A DNA stretch of 64,000 bases, from NCBI RefSeq assembly GCF_030684315.1, contig NC_081357.1, forward strand, positions 113,407,558 to 113,471,557, in the 5' to 3' direction. Position 1 is the first letter of the stretch, and the number at the start of each line of letters is the position of its first letter. This document shows, one piece after another, positions 37,990 through 52,200 of this stretch. This DNA comes from Stegostoma tigrinum (taxonomy: Eukaryota). The position numbers and the translations under genes are program-made. The notes under the pieces are model-generated. The model saw only the letters and a program-made list of their open reading frames with translations, was not told the DNA's origin and ran no database searches.

Positions 37990-39700
37990 ACAATTGTATC
38001 CCTCTGTTTTAGTTTTATGAAACCGCATTCAGTCCCGCGTGCAGTATGTGACCCGAGGGGAAGGAGTTAGTGTCAAGGCTCAGATCATCTTACAGGGGGA
38101 TAGGTGGAACAAAATCCTGGTTACAATCCCATATCCCAGTCTGCAACACCCCGACAACTCGAGCCATCGCTGTCACCTCGATCGACGACGTAGGGGGTCA
38201 ACGCTGCTTAGCAAGGGCCACGACACACCGGCCATGTTCCAGCCGTTGCTGAGCATCAGTTCACTCGGCGTTCCATTGCCTCTGTCCCACTACTTTGCAA
38301 CGGTTCACCCGGCGTTCCATTGCCATTTTCCCGCCACTTGGCAAGGGTTCACCAGGCATTCCATTGCCACTTAACAACGATTCACCCGGCGTTCCATTGC
38401 CATTGTCCCGCTAGTTTGCAACGGTTCATCCGGCGTTCCATTGCAATGTAGCAACGGTTCGCCCGGCATTCCATTGCCATTGTCCCGCTGTTTTGCAACG
38501 GTTCACCCGGCGTTCCATTGCAATGTAGGAACGATTCACCCGGCATTCCTTTGCCACTGTCCCGCTACTTTGCAACGGTTCACCCGGCGTTCCACTGCCA
38601 ATATCCCGCTACTTTGCAACGGTTCACTCGGCGTTCCATTTCCAGTGGCCCGCGACTTTGTAACGGTTCACCTGGTGTTCCATTGCCACGTAGCAATGAT
38701 TCACCCGGCGTTCGATTGCCACTTAACAACCGTTCACACAGCATTCTACTGCCATTGTCCGGCCACTTAGCAACGGTTCACCCTGTGTTCCATTGCCATT
38801 ATGCCCGCTACTTCTCCCGCGCTCTCCACTTACAGACAGACAGATGCACTTTCTCCCGGTTTGATGGTGCCTGTGGTTTCATTGGCTGCAGCTGCAGCAA
38901 GCGCAGCCCAGGAGGTGGGCTGGCTGGCGAAGCTGGCAGTGACGCAGCTAGCCGCCCATGGAGTGCAATCTGCGTCGCGGTTCTACTGCCGGGTGCAGCC
39001 GGTGCCACCTATGTAGACAATAGGGGAGTGAAGCAAACACGCAGTCTCACACACAGAAATACTCAAGACTTAAATTTGGGCAGAGTATCCGGGAGCGGAG
39101 AAAGAGCAGGACTTTCCCGAAAAAACGCCTATTTCGACAGGTTTTGCAACTGTACCTCCAACCAAAGAGACAAAGGTGGGTCTTGTGTGTGATTTTACAT
39201 ATGTTTGTGCGTGGAGCAGAATCTGAAATAATCCACGACTCCGGATCCACTCTCATTAGGTTTTATGCATTTGGCAACTTTTTTTCCGAATCGGTTAGAA
39301 ATATTGCCCGCTTCCTTTTTAATAAACCAGGCGAACAACGAAGGAAATTCTGCATCCACTGCTTTGTCTCCGCTGCACCGGGATCACGTCTAGCCAGTCA
39401 AAATCGCGTATGTATCACGTTAGTTCCAACCTCATAGTACCAATACTTAGTTAAGATGACAATCAGAAGTACGGAGGCGAATTAGACACAAAAGAACTGC
39501 TTGCCATGATTTTTTTAATATCTCGATGCCCTTATTTGTCGCCCGACGTTGGCACTTAACCGTGTCTCCGTTGTAACGTCTGCCAAATCATAAGAGCAGA
39601 CGCGTGCCTCAATCGTAACCAGATTATTAGTTCGAACATTTCTTTTAAACCAAAGATTTCCATTTCGTCAAAATGCACCGAGTGCTTATTTACGGAAGTG
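37990..39700 (+). promoter_or_regulatory. CpG-island-like region, probable promoter and non-coding first exon of the next gene (RNF144A by synteny)
   Basis: Sharp rise in CpG density. Candidate donor AAG|GTGGGT at 39175/39176. The order CMPK2(-), RSAD2(+), RNF144A(+) is known in vertebrates. No RNF144A coding exon was recognised in the window. Confidence 0.5.
38260..38813. repeat. Higher-order minisatellite of 44-bp and 33-bp units
   Basis: Units start at TTCAC-like anchors at 38260, 38304, 38348, 38381, 38425, 38458, 38502, 38535, 38579, 38623, 38667, 38700, 38733 and 38777. Long consensus: ttcacccggcgttccattgccattgtcccgctactttgcaacgg. Confidence 0.95.
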
Positions 39701-41679
39701 CCTCGACGTTGCAAGAATTGATTCCATTTTTAACTTTGCTTTGCAGACGTATTTAAAGATCCAGGATGTCAGCTACTAAATCCTTGATAAAATCGGGCAT
39801 AGGTGGTTGATTTCATCTCTGTCTTTCTACAGAACATAGCATTGCTGTCGTTCTGATTTTGTCACACATTTCGGTTTATACAAGTGATCAATTCATGGAA
39901 AATAGCGTGACTTAATGCAGCTCGCTTCTTGTTCGCGCCGGTTACTATATGGCTTATGCATCGTGGTACAGACATTGAGTTGTCAGTATCTATAGGAAAT
40001 GTTTTTATATGAACAAATGTACTTTCATTGAATGATCATACATTTACACATATAATTTGTTACGTAAAATTCTCTTTTCCAGGAGAGGTAATTAATATTG
40101 AACATTGGATAAACTGCAGTTAAATCTTTAGCATGAGTTTTAATTTTAAAATTTATTCACACTGAAAAGCAAGACTCACTTTAAAAATAAAATTCTCCCC
40201 TATATGCAGGAGAGATGATAACATTTTTATGGTTCAACAGGGAAGTATCTTCAAGTATCTTATATTTTATTCTGAAGGTGCAAGTCAGGACAGGAAGTCT
40301 CAAGTGAAATCGTATTTTAAGTGGATATCGACAACGATTCATGGAGGGGAATGCTTAGAATGTGTGTCTGGTTGGGACAACGAGTTGGATTGAAGCATTT
40401 GTTTCCGTGCTGAATGACTCCATAAGATTTTTAAAGAAAGGAAACTCAGTTTGGGAGTTTGAGAGTAGGCCAAGGTTGCTGCTGGTTTTGTCGCTGATGT
40501 GATTGCAAAAGATTTTGGAGTAAGGAGACAGAACAGGAAGAGATGCCACATTGCATGAGGCTGATGTAGGGTGTGGTGTGACTGTGGGGAGTTTGGAAGA
40601 TGAAGAGGATTTTATATTTAACCCAATGTAAATAGATGACCAGAGCCTGTTGGTTTCAAAAAGGTTTAATCTTTTACAGTGAGAGAGCAGATGATTTACA
40701 ATCCTGTGAATGCTTACATTCTGTTGTCGCTGCTTACTGTTTCAGTAGAGTGAGTAGCACTCTTTCAATTTTTCCAGAAAAGGCTTATAGACTGTATGTA
40801 CAGACACATGGTCTGACTGATTTAAAAGCTCAGAGCACCACTATGCATTAACTGACAAACATGTCTCACACCATTAACAATAGTAATGCTCTGAATCTTG
40901 GGGGCAGTCAGTGCAGCTGTGATAATTTGCGGGTGGAAATATATCCAGTGACTGTCCCAATATTCACCATGATACTGAGGTTCAAAATTGTGCTCCTGGG
41001 GAGGTGTAGATGGCAGCTTCAGTGAGGTTGGTTTTGCATGACAGACTTGAGTGAGACTGAGTTGATCTCAGTGCTTTTAGGTGGTTTATATATGGTGGTT
41101 CCATCAAAAACACCTTTTTACATTGTAAATATTTTTGAAAATCCTAATATATCAAAAATCTTATCCAGATTGCAAAGATACTTTATAAGTGGTGGCTCAA
41201 GGAAGTGGCAATCAAATGGCTCAATTAAGTGTTATGCTGTACTACTAACATTGGTTGCTGTTGCTGCTACAAATTAAACTTTTCAAAAATTCCATATTAA
41301 ACAAAATTCTGTTTGCTAGAAGCCAATGAAAATGACCATCAGAAACCAGAGAAAATGTAAGCACTTCCACCTGACATTTGGGGGCATGGTTAGCTCAATT
41401 GGCTGATGTGTGATGCAGAGGAATGCCATTATCATGGGTTCATCTCCCCACACTGGCTGAGGTTAGAACGAAGGTCTTTTGTTCTCAATCTTTCCACTCA
41501 CCTGAGGCATGGTGACTTTCAGATTAAATCTCCACCAATCATTTCTCCAATGGAAAACATTCCTATTGTCTGGTAGGACCATGGAAATTTAACCTTTAGC
41601 CGCTGCCATTAATATCCCAGGTGCTACTCTGTCTTAACAGAACCTTTGACACAATATTGTGGCTACAGTGTTCTGAAGC

Positions 41680-42315
41680 ATGTTACTCAGCTCTTAACTC
41701 CCCAAAGTCTTCTTGACATCTTTTAAGGCTGGAAGTCAGGAGTGCAGTTGAATGCACTGAATGTACCCAGATGATCCTACTTTAAAATACTCAAGGTAAA
41801 CAACCATCTAGAACAAAACAGCCCATTCCTCACTTTAAGCATTCATTCCCTCTTCACAGGCACAATGTTGATCTGCACCACCTACAAGGCTCACTGCAGC
41901 AGCTCCTTCAACAGCATTCCTAAACTCTTGACCCCAACCACGACAAACATCTCTGGTACAGAACAAGCCATTTGGCCCTTTGTGTGTGTTGCGGGAAAAT
42001 AGCTGTCTGGCCTAATGCCAATTTTTAGCTCTTGTCCTGTGGCATTTCAGGTACATATCCAAATAAAAGGACAAGGACAGAAGGCATTTCTGTGTTCCTC
42101 TCCAAGTCACACATCATTCTTTGTCAGAAATATTCCTTCATTCCAGCCGGGTCAAAATCCAGGAATTTCATCTTTAACAGCACTGTAGGGACTACCTTTA
42201 CTGCATAGACTGCAGCAGCAAAAAAGTTATCTCACATCCACCTTCCTGAGGGCAGTTACAGATGAGCAATAAATGCTTTCTTGCCAGTGATGCCCAAATC
42301 CCATGAATAAATGAA
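41680..42315 (+). mobile_element. L2/CR1-like LINE 3' end
   Basis: aagtcaggagtg...; cattcattccctc...; tail gggcagttacagatgagcaataaatgc...cccatgaataaatga. Confidence 0.6.
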
Positions 42316-42569
42316 CTAAAATATTTCAAAAGCCTATGTCTTTTCAATTTCTGTAAGAATGTGTGGGAGTGCAGAACCAGGATGGATTTTTCTTGAGTGA
42401 TGTTGAGCTTAAGTTAAGTAGCATTGACCTACACTTCAATAATGAGCGAACTGAACTGAGAAGATTCTAGGGCTTGACCAATCTATTCCTATTCCTATTC
42501 CTAGTGCTCCTCTTCTGTCAATAATGTTTAGAAGATAGGGTGCACCTTTTGTAGCATTTGCTGTAATAT

Positions 42570-42840
42570 CAAATGTTAAACAGAAGTCCCATCTGCCCTC
42601 TCAGAAGGACCGCAACATCTGTGATTGAACAGGAGACTATCCTAACCAATATTTATCCTTCGAGCAACACCACAAAACAGATTAGTCTGATCATTATCTC
42701 ATTACTGTTTATCGATATATTGATAGGGCAAAATAGCACTTGCATGTCATATAATATAATGATGACTATACTTCCAAGTACTTCATTGTAACATTTTTAG
42801 GTAATGCAAGGCCGTATATAAGCAAAAGTCATTTTATTAA
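42570..42840 (+). mobile_element. DeuSINE (SacSINE1/AmnSINE1-like) remnant
   Basis: Deu-domain-like ccaatatttatccttcgagcaacaccacaaaacagattagtctgatcattatctcattactgttt. Confidence 0.65.
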
Positions 42841-45800
42841 CCTCATGTAATATTTTTCTGTCATTGTTTTTTAAGAACATCTCAAATTATTGCTAAACAG
42901 CTCGTTTTCCAACTTTCTGTGAGTGATACCACAGGAAATTGACATGTGTCATGTTCTACAGTTTTAAATAAAATTAAAGCCTGTGCAAGAACAGGTGGTG
43001 TGATAGCCTGGTATCTCATACATGCATTATAATACAGTTTTACGTCATGGCACAGACATGTCACAGACTCAGGTCAGACTGCCAGCAGCAGATTCTGAGC
43101 CCCAGAAAATGATGGATCTACACTGGCATAAGCTTTATTAGAGACAGGTAATTTATAATCTGAAGTGCATTTCATTAGCAAAATGTTTGCATCGGAGGTG
43201 ACACTAGTTGGTAGCATTGTAAGTAGATTTTCTGTCTCTTGAATTGCCAGCAGCCTGGCCTACAGAAAGCTGAAGCTGGATCTCTGTGGGTAGCGTAATC
43301 CAAACAAAATTCTGAAAGGCACTACTGTGAGATCTCCCATTTTCTCCAGGACTTGTTTTTCTTTGCTTTCTCCGTCTCCTTCTTATGATCATAGTCTTAG
43401 GATTATAGTTGGTAGCACTGTGAGTTATTATTATTTCCTTTTTTGCTGAAATGCCAATTACAAATAGCAGACATAGAGACCCATACAGTAAGAAAAATCC
43501 TGTTCAACAGCAGCATGGTGTACAGTGGAAGGTTTTCTTCATGCATTATGCACAGGGAAAATTCCACTCCATGAATCAAAAATGTGTTGCTTGTCAAACA
43601 TTAAATGTTTGCACTTTGGCACTGTTAAAATTTCTGTAAAAGACCTAATTAGGCAATGATAGGCATTATGATATATTATTGGAGCTGTACAGAGGGTATT
43701 GACCAAGGTGACTGGTTATTTGGACAAAATCTGAAACTGAGTCCTAAATATCTGCAATTCACTGCCTGATATGACAACTTGCATGTAATCTTGCCGTTGA
43801 GCTAATTATTGAAAATTGCAGTGTTTAATTCTTGTACAGTAATGTTACACAAATACGAGTAACCCCAATAACTTTCTCACTGATATGATGGCAACTTCTC
43901 TGAACTTTAAACTTAAAGGCCTCATCGAGATCGTAACAACTTGCATTGAATGAAGGTGCTGTTGCATTAAACCTATTTAACAGAATATATTGAAGATAGT
44001 ATTTTACTGTTTGACACCAAAGTGGGTCATTTCATTTGTCTTACCGTCTCTCCTTTTTGCTTTGATTTTGTTCAAGTGGTTACATCTTAACATTGAATTA
44101 ATTTTCTTGCTCATTTTCATTCCTCACTACTTTACTTTCCTCTCTTTATGCCTTTCTATTATAAATGGAAAACTGGAAGTTTTACTTCAGAACATTAGAC
44201 GTAACTCTTCCACAAGCACCAGAATTAAGCGATTTGGGCTGTGAGTTTTGGATTTTCATGCCAAGACCCTAGCTGTTTGATATTTAAAGTCTATACCTAC
44301 TGACACTGAACTGTGATGAACATAATTTATTCTGGTTGAACATTATGCCTGTAGCAATCTGTGTGTAACATTAAAAGTGTACGTGAAGCCTGCGTCACTA
44401 TAATAAGTTATATATAGATCAAGCTAAAAGTAAATCACAATTACACTCCTTGAAAGATGTTACTTGAATGGTATACCATTTTCTTGAAGCCACAAGCTTT
44501 ATTGTCATACTTCTTGACACAAGATGTAAAATATGCTAGAGTGGTGTTTGATCTTTATCTGAGGCGCTTGCACACCTTAAGCCTTACTCTGTCACATACC
44601 CTGATCACCTGGGATATCCTGGAGCAACGTTTTCTGCTGCACAAATCTTATCATGCCCATCTTCACCTTCCCGCCCCCTCAATTTTCTCTCAGTAATTTT
44701 GATGGCATGCATTTTAATAGAGCGCTTGCACAAAATTGATTTTGTTTTAAATATCAAGAATGAATATTTCAATGAACCTTTCCCTGAACTAGCTAGAAGC
44801 AAGTAGTGTAATAATGGAATATATAGTACAGTTCTCATCTGCTTGAGAGAAATTGAATAGCTTGAAAATTGAGCAAGGCACTTGAAATTACTCCCTAGTT
44901 TCACATTCATCTTTATTTTAGGGCCGTTTTAGTGCATAATTACAAGTGTAGCAGGTATATCATTTGACAGACAGAAGTATTATTATGGTGTAACCCAAAA
45001 CTTGTGCTGATTATCATCTGACAATTAACCCCTGCTGACCTATTATGATTATGTTTCTCTCTTCACTTTGCTGTAGGAAGAAAAATACACACAAAAGGCG
45101 AAGACTCTAAAATTGATTCTATTTTCATTGAAGCAAAAATATGTGTTTTGGTATAACCTATTGTTTATACTGGACATATTTCTTACCTCCTTCATGCTAC
45201 TCATGACAGCTGCTTTTAAGAATGAGTTTGCTGTGCTCTGTACTTTTTAAATTTCTTTTATTTTAAAAGAATTCCCTGCTGCTTCTTCCTTGCTTGTCTG
45301 CTTATTTTTTGTTTACCTTAATTTAACTTCATGACTCCCTGCTATCTGTAATCCCAGGGTAATTGCAGTACAGTGAAGTAGTTAAGCGATTTTGTGATCA
45401 TATACCTCGCTTTTTGTTACCCTATTTTCCTCAGAACATTAAGATAATCCTGTATCAGCATTGCTAGCAAGAATAGAATAAAATGTAAGAATTTACTTTG
45501 GGATAAAACTATTATTAATTTATTAGAGATATTGAACAAGACCAAAACCAAAGATAAAGCACCTCAACATGTTAGAAATACAAGATTTCACTTGCATAAG
45601 TTAAAGTATTAGCAGTCTGAATTTAGAGTTTCCAAATCAGAAACATTTTGCTTCGGAGGGCCCATTCTTGTATCATAGAAGTTCCACTCATCTGGTATAG
45701 CATAACACAAACTTATGTAAATTTTTTTCTACATAAAAGTTGGTATGCTCACCAACTATGTATTATTTATGTTTTACTTATTAATGTGAAACATATTGCT

Positions 45801-46539
45801 GATGCTGAGTAACAGTTTAACAAGACTTGTATCTGTCTTTGGCTAATAGATGTTGATATGTGGAAATCCATTATAATTTGACTTTGCTGTTGATAACCTG
45901 AATGCTGTACAAGTCTTTCTGTACCTCCCTGAGCATCTTATGCCTTATTTGGCAGTGCCTGATGCACAGTGACAGCCCCTGACCTCATCCCACCTGTAAA
46001 ACTGTTCTGGTTGGACAGTTGATATAAGCTGCGTAGCAACACCAAGAGGAAGTTATACAAAGGTTATTGACCAAAAAGGTGGCAGATTGAGACAGCAATT
46101 AACATTTGCGTTTCTTTGGGTTACTTTTAACACCCCTGGTGAAACTTTCTCACAGATCCTTACAGGCCATGATGCTCAGAGAGAACACCTATTCTAGACA
46201 ATCTACTAGTATGACCAGTCTGTGCTCAATGCCACTGTTGGATTGTGTAAAATAAAGCAATGATATTTAGAAAAAATGTGAAAAGAGTGGCAGGAAAGGG
46301 AGTCTACTAACTTAATGCTGGAGGAATGAAATTTTGAATGTAAAGCTGAAAACATGTTGTTTCAATTTTAAATATGCGAGTTACTGTTACTCAGAAAAAT
46401 TGTGTAATTAACACATAAAATTGTAGAAATGGCAACAGGTCAAGCAGTATCTGTGGTAATAGTATATAGAATTAATGTTACCGATCAATGACCTTATTTA
46501 CAGCCTTGGTTGAAACATAAACAAAAGAGCTGAGTTCCA

Positions 46540-47520
46540 GAGATAAGGTTGGAGTGACTCACCTTGACATCAAGATCTTGACAGAGTATAGGATCATAAA
46601 GCACGAATAAACTTTAATCCAATGAGAATTAGTGGGGAAACTTCACTGTTTTGCGTCATACTTAGTACTGTAGATGGTAGTAATTGTTGGGGGCTTAGGA
46701 GCTCCCGCAGAGATTCTCAGCATAGTGTCGTGGGGTCAAATATCTTCAGCTGTTTCATTAATTGCCTTCCCTCTATCATTAGATCAGAGGTGAAGATGTT
46801 TCCAGATGATTGCAGTGTTCAGTACCAATCAGACCTGACCCACTACTGAAGCAATCTGTGACTATCTGCACCAAGATCTGGACAACATAAGGCAAGTAAC
46901 ATTTGAACCAGAGAAATGCCAGGCAGTGATCATTTCCAATCATAGAGATTCTAACCATTACATTCAAGGCCATAGCACCTTTGAATTCCCTCTGCCCCCT
47001 GGCAAGATCCCAGGATATCATTGAGCAGGGACTGAATTGGGCCAGCTTTTTAAATACTTTGGCCGCAAGAGCATGTCAAAGGCTGGGAACTCTGCAGGGA
47101 GTAACTCCCCTCCTGGCTTTCAAAAGCAGTTCATCATCAACAAATCAGTAGTGTGAAGAAAGACACTCTGCTTCTCTGAATGAGTGCACCCTCAACAGCA
47201 GTCTAGAAGCTCCACACAGTCTAGGAAAAAGTTGCGAACTTCATTAACCTACACCGTCTGTGCCTGATCCACTACCTTAAGCATTCATTCTGCTGTCATT
47301 AGATGCATAGTGGTTGCTTTTCGTACCTTAAGTGAGTTGCTTTAGAGCATCCACGTTTCTGTTGACAGCACCTTCCAAATCCACAATGCGTACTGCTTAA
47401 AGGGCAAGTGCAGTAAACACACAGGAGCACCACCTACAATCTGCCCTCCAGTCACTGACATCTTCAGTAGCACTATATTGCCATTCCTTCACTGTTAGTG
47501 AGTAAAAACTTTCTGGAGCT
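46540..47520 (+). mobile_element. L2/CR1-like LINE RT remnant
   Basis: SQHSVVGSNIFSCFINCLPSIIRSEVKMFPDDC (cf. QGSVLGP...FINDLP...FADD). A related piece lies at about 37470-37800. Confidence 0.7.
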
Positions 47521-48904
47521 TTCTTCCAAACAAGAAAGTGGCAGTGCTCCAAAAGCTTGTGATTTCAAATAAACCTGGTGGACTATAACCTGGTGTTGTG
47601 TGATTTCTGACCATGTCCACCTCAGTGCAACACTGGCACCTCCACTTCGTTTTAAATGTTGTAATTGTACCCACTTCCACCACTTCCTCAGGCTCTGTAT
47701 TAAAAAAAATTGCCCCTCGTCTTTTTTTAAATCCCTGTCGTCTCACTTTAAATATGTGTCTCCTAGTCTTGAAACCCCTCATCTTTAACTCTGTCTGTAC
47801 CCCTCATAATTTTATGAATTTCCATGTAGACCAGATGAGCTTCAACAGTTCAAACTGTGTCTCACTTCTGTCTTCTTAAGGGTGGTTAGTGATCAGCATT
47901 TAATGCTGGCTTTGTCGGTGATGTTTTCACGGCCCAATGAAAGGATTTTTTTAAAAACTATAACTCAATGATTTTCACTTTTTGTGAAGCACAGAGATGG
48001 GCAAATGACAAAAAGGAGTGTCTGTGATGCAGTAGAGAGCAGGAGAGTCAATTGAGAAAAGTTATGATGGTGAAGGGGAAAGTGAGTTATAGCCTCATGA
48101 AAGATGGGTCCAAGGAAGATATAAAAGGTTGCAGGAAATACCTTGTGTCTTGGGTTTCACTCTGACCCCACAATCTAACAGACCATACAGGAATTTGCAT
48201 TTAAGTAACAGACCAAAGAACTACCACTCATTACTATAATCCAGCATCAGGCAGTGTCTTTAGATCAGATGAAGCATAAATAATCAGGAAATTCATTGTC
48301 CCAACATTTTATTACATCTCCAGTTCATTTGCCTTCTGCGATAATGTTTGGTTTCCTGTCTGTGCCCCTTCAAGTACAGTGTTGTTCGGAAAGTACGTGT
48401 TAATGTCAATCAAACTCTCTCTAAAGCTATGAATCTTTAATAATTAAGAAAATACTTTTACCTGGGGAATGAAACTGGTCAGAATTAAATGATACAGATT
48501 GCAACTTTGTATCGATATATCCTATGGGGTTCTGTTACTTTAATTTAGAAGGAGAATTTCAAGGCTTTGTTTTGCCTGTGATTATTCATTTTTCTCACAC
48601 TTGCTACAAGTCAACTAAATTAGATGAAGTCCAGCAAATTGTACATTGCCTGTTGAAGCAGAAAGGTTAGTAGGCAAAATGACAATCTCCTATCATCTTG
48701 AGCATGCTGAAATGCAGTACTTCACAGTCACTGACACAGAGAGAAATTGTTATAATTCAATTGCCCAATCTCAAATGAGCCACTCAAGACCCACTGATGG
48801 CTGATAGTGGGGGAGTGTAGGAAGAGCAATTACTGTAAAATATTTTATAGAAATTGCTTCTTGTCTGTTTGCAGAAGTTAAAAAGTAATTTTCACTGTAA
48901 TAGT

Positions 48905-49215
48905 AGATTAGATTTCCTACAGTGTGGAAACAGGCCCTTTGGCCCAACAAGTCCACAATGCCCCTTGGAGCATCCCACCCAGACCCATTCCCCTACAACC
49001 CACACGCCCTGAACACTACAGGCAATTTAGCATGGCCAATCCACCTAGCCTGCACATTTTTGGACTGTGGGAAGAAACTGGAGCACCCAGAGAAAACCCA
49101 CGCAGACACAGGGAGAATGTGCAAACTCCGCACAGACATTTGCCTGAGGGTGGAATCGAACCTGCCTCCCTGCTGCTCTGAGGCTGCAGTGCTAACCACT
49201 GAGCCACCATGCCAC
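48905..49215 (-). mobile_element. HE1-like V-SINE (further copies 49925-50275 -, 52615-52965 +, 53610-53940 -, 58140-58270 - fragment)
   Basis: tRNA head ggtggctcagtggttagcactg...ggttcgattcc followed by the V-domain and a CR1-like tail. Confidence 0.85.
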
Positions 49216-52200
49216 CCCCTTGCAAGGATACACAAGTGTATTTAGGTTTTAGCACAGTTAGGAATTTCTATAAGGGCCCTAATTAGGAAGATTGCTGTGA
49301 CTGAAAACTGTTTGCAATATTTCACTCAATACTGCAAGCTTCAGAATTTGAAGGGGAAAGAAATTGAGTCAACCACAGGCTTGAGCTGAAGCCTACTGGC
49401 AAGTTCTGCACTTCAGGAACGACTTTATGACTAGCACATTTTGCAAGCTCAGAAGCGGAATTAGGCAATTTCTCTAACAGCTACTCTATTAATGGTGTCT
49501 TTATACAAAATTGCTGGAGCTGACATGTATGTAACAGAGAGCCTGAAAGCTTTAAACCAGTTCCAATTGTAAATGCCATTGGTTTCTGAGAGAGCAAATT
49601 CAGCATTTGGCTGATTTTGACACAATCCTAAAAGCTGCTGATGCCAAAGATAATGCAGTTACCTGAAAAAATAATCCTGAAAGCAGCAGTTTTAAAAGCA
49701 CACAGCCATAAATCTGGATTGCTCACCTCCTTAATCTTGGGTGCTTAAATAACTGCATTATTAAAGACAAAGTTCTGTTTACCCTGTAAGAAAGAAATAG
49801 AAATTGCCCACTGTTTGATGGTTTACATACTTTAAAGTGTGCATCACTGTGGGTGTACTGACATATATGTCTTGGATTATCCTGTTTTATGTAACTTCAA
49901 AAAAAAGCAGTTGTTAGCATCATTGAATCCCGATAAGGTGGAAGCAGGCCTTCTGGTCATTTGAGTACACACCAACCCGCAGAAGAGCATCCCACCCAGA
50001 CCCAAACCCCCCCCCACCACTCCATCCCTATTAACTCCACATTCCCCATGGCTAATTCACCTAGCCTGCACATCCCTGAACACTCTGGGCAATTTAGTAT
50101 GGTCAGTCCACCTAACATTTTTGGACTAAGGGAGGAAACCAGACTACCTGGAGGAAATCCACTCTAATGTAGGAGAATGTGCAAACTCCACACAGACAAT
50201 TGCCCAAGGCTGGAATCAAACCCGGGTCCTTGGTACTGTGAGGCAGCAGTGCAAACCACTGAGCTACCGTGCTCGCCAATATTTGACAATTGAAGACTAT
50301 AATCTAGTGGAATATTCGATGCAGAGGTGCTCAATGACCTCCAAAATGCACAATATTTATGTCCTGCAGAGGCACCCCTGAAAAGCCAAATCATGTTATC
50401 CGAAGATACCCTTGAATACTCCATCTGAAGTATTAATTCCAGACAGTCAGAGTCCAATGCAAAATGTTTCAACGTCCTTGTTATATAGAGTCACAGGCTC
50501 AAAGTTACTGTAAAAATAAAGGAGAGACTAAGAGTGATCACTGATATGTATACTTAAAGTGAAAAACAACTTAACATGATCAGTTAAACATAGAGAGCCT
50601 GAAGCTGCAGTGTCGATGCTTCAGGAAATTATCATCTTTCCGTTTGACTCCCTATTTAAATGTATTGAAGTGTGTGAAGTCCCTGTAATAATATGGTCAA
50701 TAGGGATTAAATTTACCACAAAAGATGAGTGCTTGCCCATTACAGAGCAAGCACACTTTTTAATTATGTAATTAGTCTTAGTTACCACAAAACAATTAAA
50801 ACTGATTTGCAGAAATAACATGTGGAATTTTAATTTGCTGGAGCACTGCAAGTGGATGATAGATGAAATTGACATACGTTGGGAAGCCAGTTTTAGTGTG
50901 CTGATTTCCACATTGTGCACTACTCCTTAAGGACAGGTGAGTTGTCAGAGCACCATTTCAATGCACTCCAGTTCACTGTTGGGTTTACAGCAATATTTCA
51001 TGTAAAAATTTGAGATTGTGCATGGCCAGTTTTTCTCACTGCACAGTACCATTAAATTCTTGTGGCTGGCAATGCATGCACAGTATTTAACCTAAAATGA
51101 AGTCTGCATGGTACATTCCAAGCTGCACGCACACAAGCGTCTTAACTGTGATGTTTTTCCAAGGGTTTTCCACACTTCCTGAAATTCTGCAGTGAACACA
51201 ACATAAAGGCACTGTGATAATCGAGGAAGCTAAATCAACTTGGAATACATGCCAGTAAATACCCAGTGCTTATAGCTCCATTATTATTTGCTAGTGCAAA
51301 AGAGTTCTATCATATTATTTTCATGGGGTAGGTTATTTTCTGCACATGGACGTCTTTTGCAATCAAATTAGAATGATTCTTACATCTGGAAAGATATGAA
51401 ACCAAGGATAAAAGTTCTGAAATTGAGGTATTGTTGAATTAGGAGTCAACTTAGGTTAGCAAGCGTATGTTGCCTTAAAATTAGCCCTTGGATGAGAATC
51501 AGGGTGACCAACAGCTTCCTAGTACATCATGCAGGAACTGTTTCCACTATCTTAATGGTTTTTCTATATGGAATAATGGATCAGCAGAGCAACCACACTT
51601 TAACATTATGTTGTTTAATTCATTGAGAAATTGGAGAAATATTTGTATTAATGTACCCACAAGTCATCAGAATACTACAGTGATGAAATATTGATGAAAT
51701 GCAATGATTTGTGTACTACTGGCATTTACTGTCAATTTTATTCAAAGGTTTGCCAGCGGGTTAAAGAATGAAGATTGATAGCTCAATAAACTGGCACTTT
51801 CATAGATTATCTTTGGGAGAAATTTTCTTGAAGGAATCTAACTAAGTAGGTTACCATATAATATATTAGGGATAGCACATGAGATCAATGAAAGCATGGG
51901 CTTGGTAGCCTGAATAGCCCTTCCTTCCCAAGATATGTTCTTATGTACATATTTCTCATGCAGCAGTGATGGAACAGTCCCTTTGAATAACTAAACAGTA
52001 CACAAAGACTGTGTGGAATGGATCAGCGTCTCAGCATCCTACTGTACGTCTCTGTCATATATTGGAAGGAAGTTATTCAATAATCAACGAAGAGGTAATG
52101 CTTCTCTTGCAAGCTTTTTTGTGACTATTGATTGTGAACAGTCGCTCTTTTCATTCAGTGTATTCCACTTGAGATCCTTAGCCAGTTTAGAGTGTGACAG

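Noticed and set aside
38260-38813. CRISPR-like array (constant 14-bp ttcacccggcgttc with variable spacers)
   Set aside because: The spacers are homologous to each other and fall into two length classes, there are no cas genes, and the context is vertebrate. It is a minisatellite.
38518-39192. 224-aa plus-strand ORF
   Set aside because: It starts at a non-ATG codon inside the tandem repeat and runs through GC-rich island sequence. No recognisable domain; probably a chance ORF.
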